From: Amphiscolops sp. MND2022
Lineage: Eukaryota
Reading direction: 5' to 3'
NCBI GenBank assembly: GCA_964187785.1
Contig: OZ076409.1
Location: 95,048,001 to 95,112,000, forward strand
DNA length: 64,000 nt
The position numbers and the translations under genes were made by a program. Positions 61,501 through 64,000 of this stretch are shown one piece after another; position 1 is the stretch's first letter, and every line of letters starts with the position of its first letter. The notes under the pieces were generated by a model. That model was not told the origin of the DNA and did no database searches. It saw only the letters and a list, made by a program, of their open reading frames with translations.

Positions 61501-63439
61501 GCTGCCTATTAGGATTAAGGGAAAATTGGAATTGTAAATATTATCCCCGTTTTTTAAAAGGGTACTGCTGTGTAGAGAGAGGTCGATGCATTAAACGACA
61601 AAACACGTGCATTCAATTCAATGCATTCAAACAGGAGGCCTTGTTAAATTCTGCCCGTGCGGATTAATTTAGGGTCTCACAAGGAATACTTTTATAATGA
61701 CGTCATAGGATGTTCACGCTTGCTTCTCAGTTGCTGTTGTTGTAGTTAAACCAAGTGGCACTGAATATGGGTCTAGGTGTCACCTTGGAGGGCATCTTTA
61801 CATGCACAAAAATAAAGACGGTTAAAAAATTCAGCCGCTCAAGACTGAATTGGAAATTTTTCAGTTGGTATGTTTTCAGTGCCCGATCGGAGACTAAGAC
61901 AAAAGAGTGCACTAATACATGTACGAGGGAGAGGGTACCATAGGGGGGATACAGAGCAGGAAAAGGTGGTAGTTCGTATTTGGTAGAATCGGGAGTTGGG
62001 GATACAACAAGAGTGTAAAGAAGGGTGAATGATAATGAATATATTCTATTTATTGTTGTTAGTAGTGATGACAATGTTTGGGTTGGGCGGAAGACTAGAA
62101 CTACACCTCAGTAGAAGAAGCACAAATGCGCCGCCGTTAGCTTGCACGACACAAGAGAAAGAAAAGACAAAAAACCGCAGAGACTGTACTGATGGTGATG
62201 GTTATGTAATAGCAGAAGGCATAAATAACAGTCGCACGCACGGTGTGGAAAAGATGATGGAATATGGATGGATGGATGGATGGATGGATATTTATATCGT
62301 GGCATACATGCGTTACTTCGTATACCACAGATAGAGGTTGTCAGTGTACGTAGTACATTGGTGTATGGTCGGTGGACGACGGTTAGTGCAACGGTTAAGC
62401 GACTTTGCGGTTGGTTGGTACTGTTGATGCTGCTATTACATACATGAAGACGCTCTCGCCATTCATGTCTGTCTACTAGCAGTGCTAGCTAGTGGCTTCG
62501 GTTTCTATGCCGATTTAATTGCACGAGCTCCTTTCCCTATATTCTCCCATACATTTCCTTTCCTTGTAGCTGTGGTGGTGCTGTTTGTATCTTACTCCGT
62601 GTGCCGGCGGTGCATTGGGAATGCCGCGTACTGGGATGAAATTCGAAATAGAGTTCATCCGACGAATGATGAGAAAAAACGGTGGGAAAAGTATTAGACT
62701 TGGAATTACAGTCAGCCGAAAACACCACCGTTGGAGCAGGAAACGAGCATCAGCCACAGAGCTCATTGCTTTCGACTCAATTGACGACGTTTCACTTGTT
62801 TTTGAAGGAAAATCCCCCAAGAAATTCCTGGCAGGATTGAGGTGCTTGTAACAAACGTGCGCGGAATGACTGAATAATAAAGAGGGGGAAAAGATGACAA
62901 AAATGTCAGCCGTAGATCATTTTTGGATTGCACAAGCATTTAGATCAAAGAACTATGCCTTCATTTTTACCGGCATCAAACGAAGTGCCTTTGAATTAAA
63001 CTAACCTCTCTTCTCTCCAAACGAAGCGTCTGAAATCTCATCAAATATGCTGATTCTCATTTATAAATGTGCTTGCTCTCAAGAAGGAAAAAAATCAAAA
63101 CTATCCATAGCAGCGCTTCCACAACTGAAATTGCAGAAAGACCGAAAACAAAAATGGTCGAATACTAGTGATTAGTTTAGTTTCAAGATGTATTTTTAGC
63201 CGACGCTTTTGACGAAAAGAGCTTGACCCTTCAGTTGCTAGTTTTTTTTCGTCAGGCCACAGAGCTTACTCTGTATATACCACGTTTCGGTGTAAAGGTT
63301 AAACGGTTTAATGGAAACCCACAGGTCCCGGGTTCGAGTCCCTGCTTCACCCAGCAATTTTTTCGTGCGTTTAAAGGTACGTGGAGGTTTAAAAACATTG
63401 CACTACATCCGAATTTTTGACGTTATATCCATTTTTGAC

Positions 63440-63680
63440 TAAATTGCGTTTTACGGAGGAGACGGAGGTTCGAAAAAAGCGCTCCCATTTGCCCCAGCAC
63501 GCTATATTCGAACTTTTGACGTAATATTCGAAGTAAATTGCGTTTTACTAAGGAGGAAGCGGAAGATCGAAGATAGAGCGCTGTATCCGAATTTTGACGT
63601 AATATTCGAAGTAAATTGCGTTCTACTAAGGAGGAGGCAGAGGTTGCGATATATCGAAAATATTGCGCTGTATCCGAATT
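63440..63680 (+). repeat. Degenerate tandem repeat, about 80-90 bp x3
   Basis: taaattgcgttt...ggagga...gcgctgtatccgaattttgacgtaatattcgaag recurs; a related inverted piece lies near 9270-9360. Confidence 0.7.
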
Positions 63681-64000
63681 GTTTTTTTTTCGTTGAGGTA
63701 AATGAACACGTTTTCCGACTAAGATAGCTGAAAACAAAATCGAATTGCGTGAAACGGGTGCAATTGACTAAAAGCTACGTAAAAACTGTTGATTAGGCTG
63801 ATGTGAAAGGAATTGAAACAATTCCAAAAAAAAAACGATTTTTAAAATCGCTATTTTCGATCAAGTATTTCCTTTCAAAATCATCACAACTTAAATCAAT
63901 CTAAATGTTGTCAAATGTTTAAAATTGTCAACATTGACACTATTCATTTATTGCCACTTTTGAACCATAATTCTCTACAATAGAAGCAAAACGCGAAAAT

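Noticed and set aside
58600..63400. Argonaute promoter, 5' UTR exons or another gene
   Set aside because: Short ORFs lack recognisable domains and no core promoter or splice pattern could be fixed without transcript data.

Overview
AT-rich, repeat-dense eukaryotic (animal-type) genomic DNA. The only clear host gene is an AGO-clade Argonaute on the minus strand. Six exons are traceable and all five junctions are phase-compatible GT-AG (58545-58215, 52170-51866, 48168-47984, 8984-8707, 5278-5107, 1953-1770); the gene continues beyond position 1. Its intron 8985-47983 (about 39 kb) holds a nested stack of mobile elements. (1) A decayed Helitron-like element encodes a Pif1 helicase fused to a GIY-YIG nuclease, with an internal 2.38 kb segment tandemly triplicated. 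(2) A complete 15,356 bp Polinton/Maverick (adintovirus-like) provirus (15077-30432; 47 bp TIRs, 6 bp TSD AACGTG) sits in the third copy. It carries ATPase, integrase, penton, core, hexon, protease and pPolB genes, several broken by stops or frameshifts. (3) A Mag-like Gypsy element (34375-40916) has identical 205 bp LTRs, a 5 bp TSD and a tRNA-Ser PBS, and its gag is interrupted by a Helentron-type HINE. The most unusual signals are a 2A-like peptide plus PHD finger at the N-terminus of the Polinton integrase, apparent spliceosomal introns inside Polinton genes, an HUH-motif gene next to a PLA2-like gene at the Polinton left end, and the Pif1-GIY-YIG element. The remaining introns carry hAT, Merlin-like, piggyBac-like and foldback MITEs, HINEs, tRNA-derived SINE-like pieces and LINE fragments. 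All family calls come from motif reading by eye; no searches were run.
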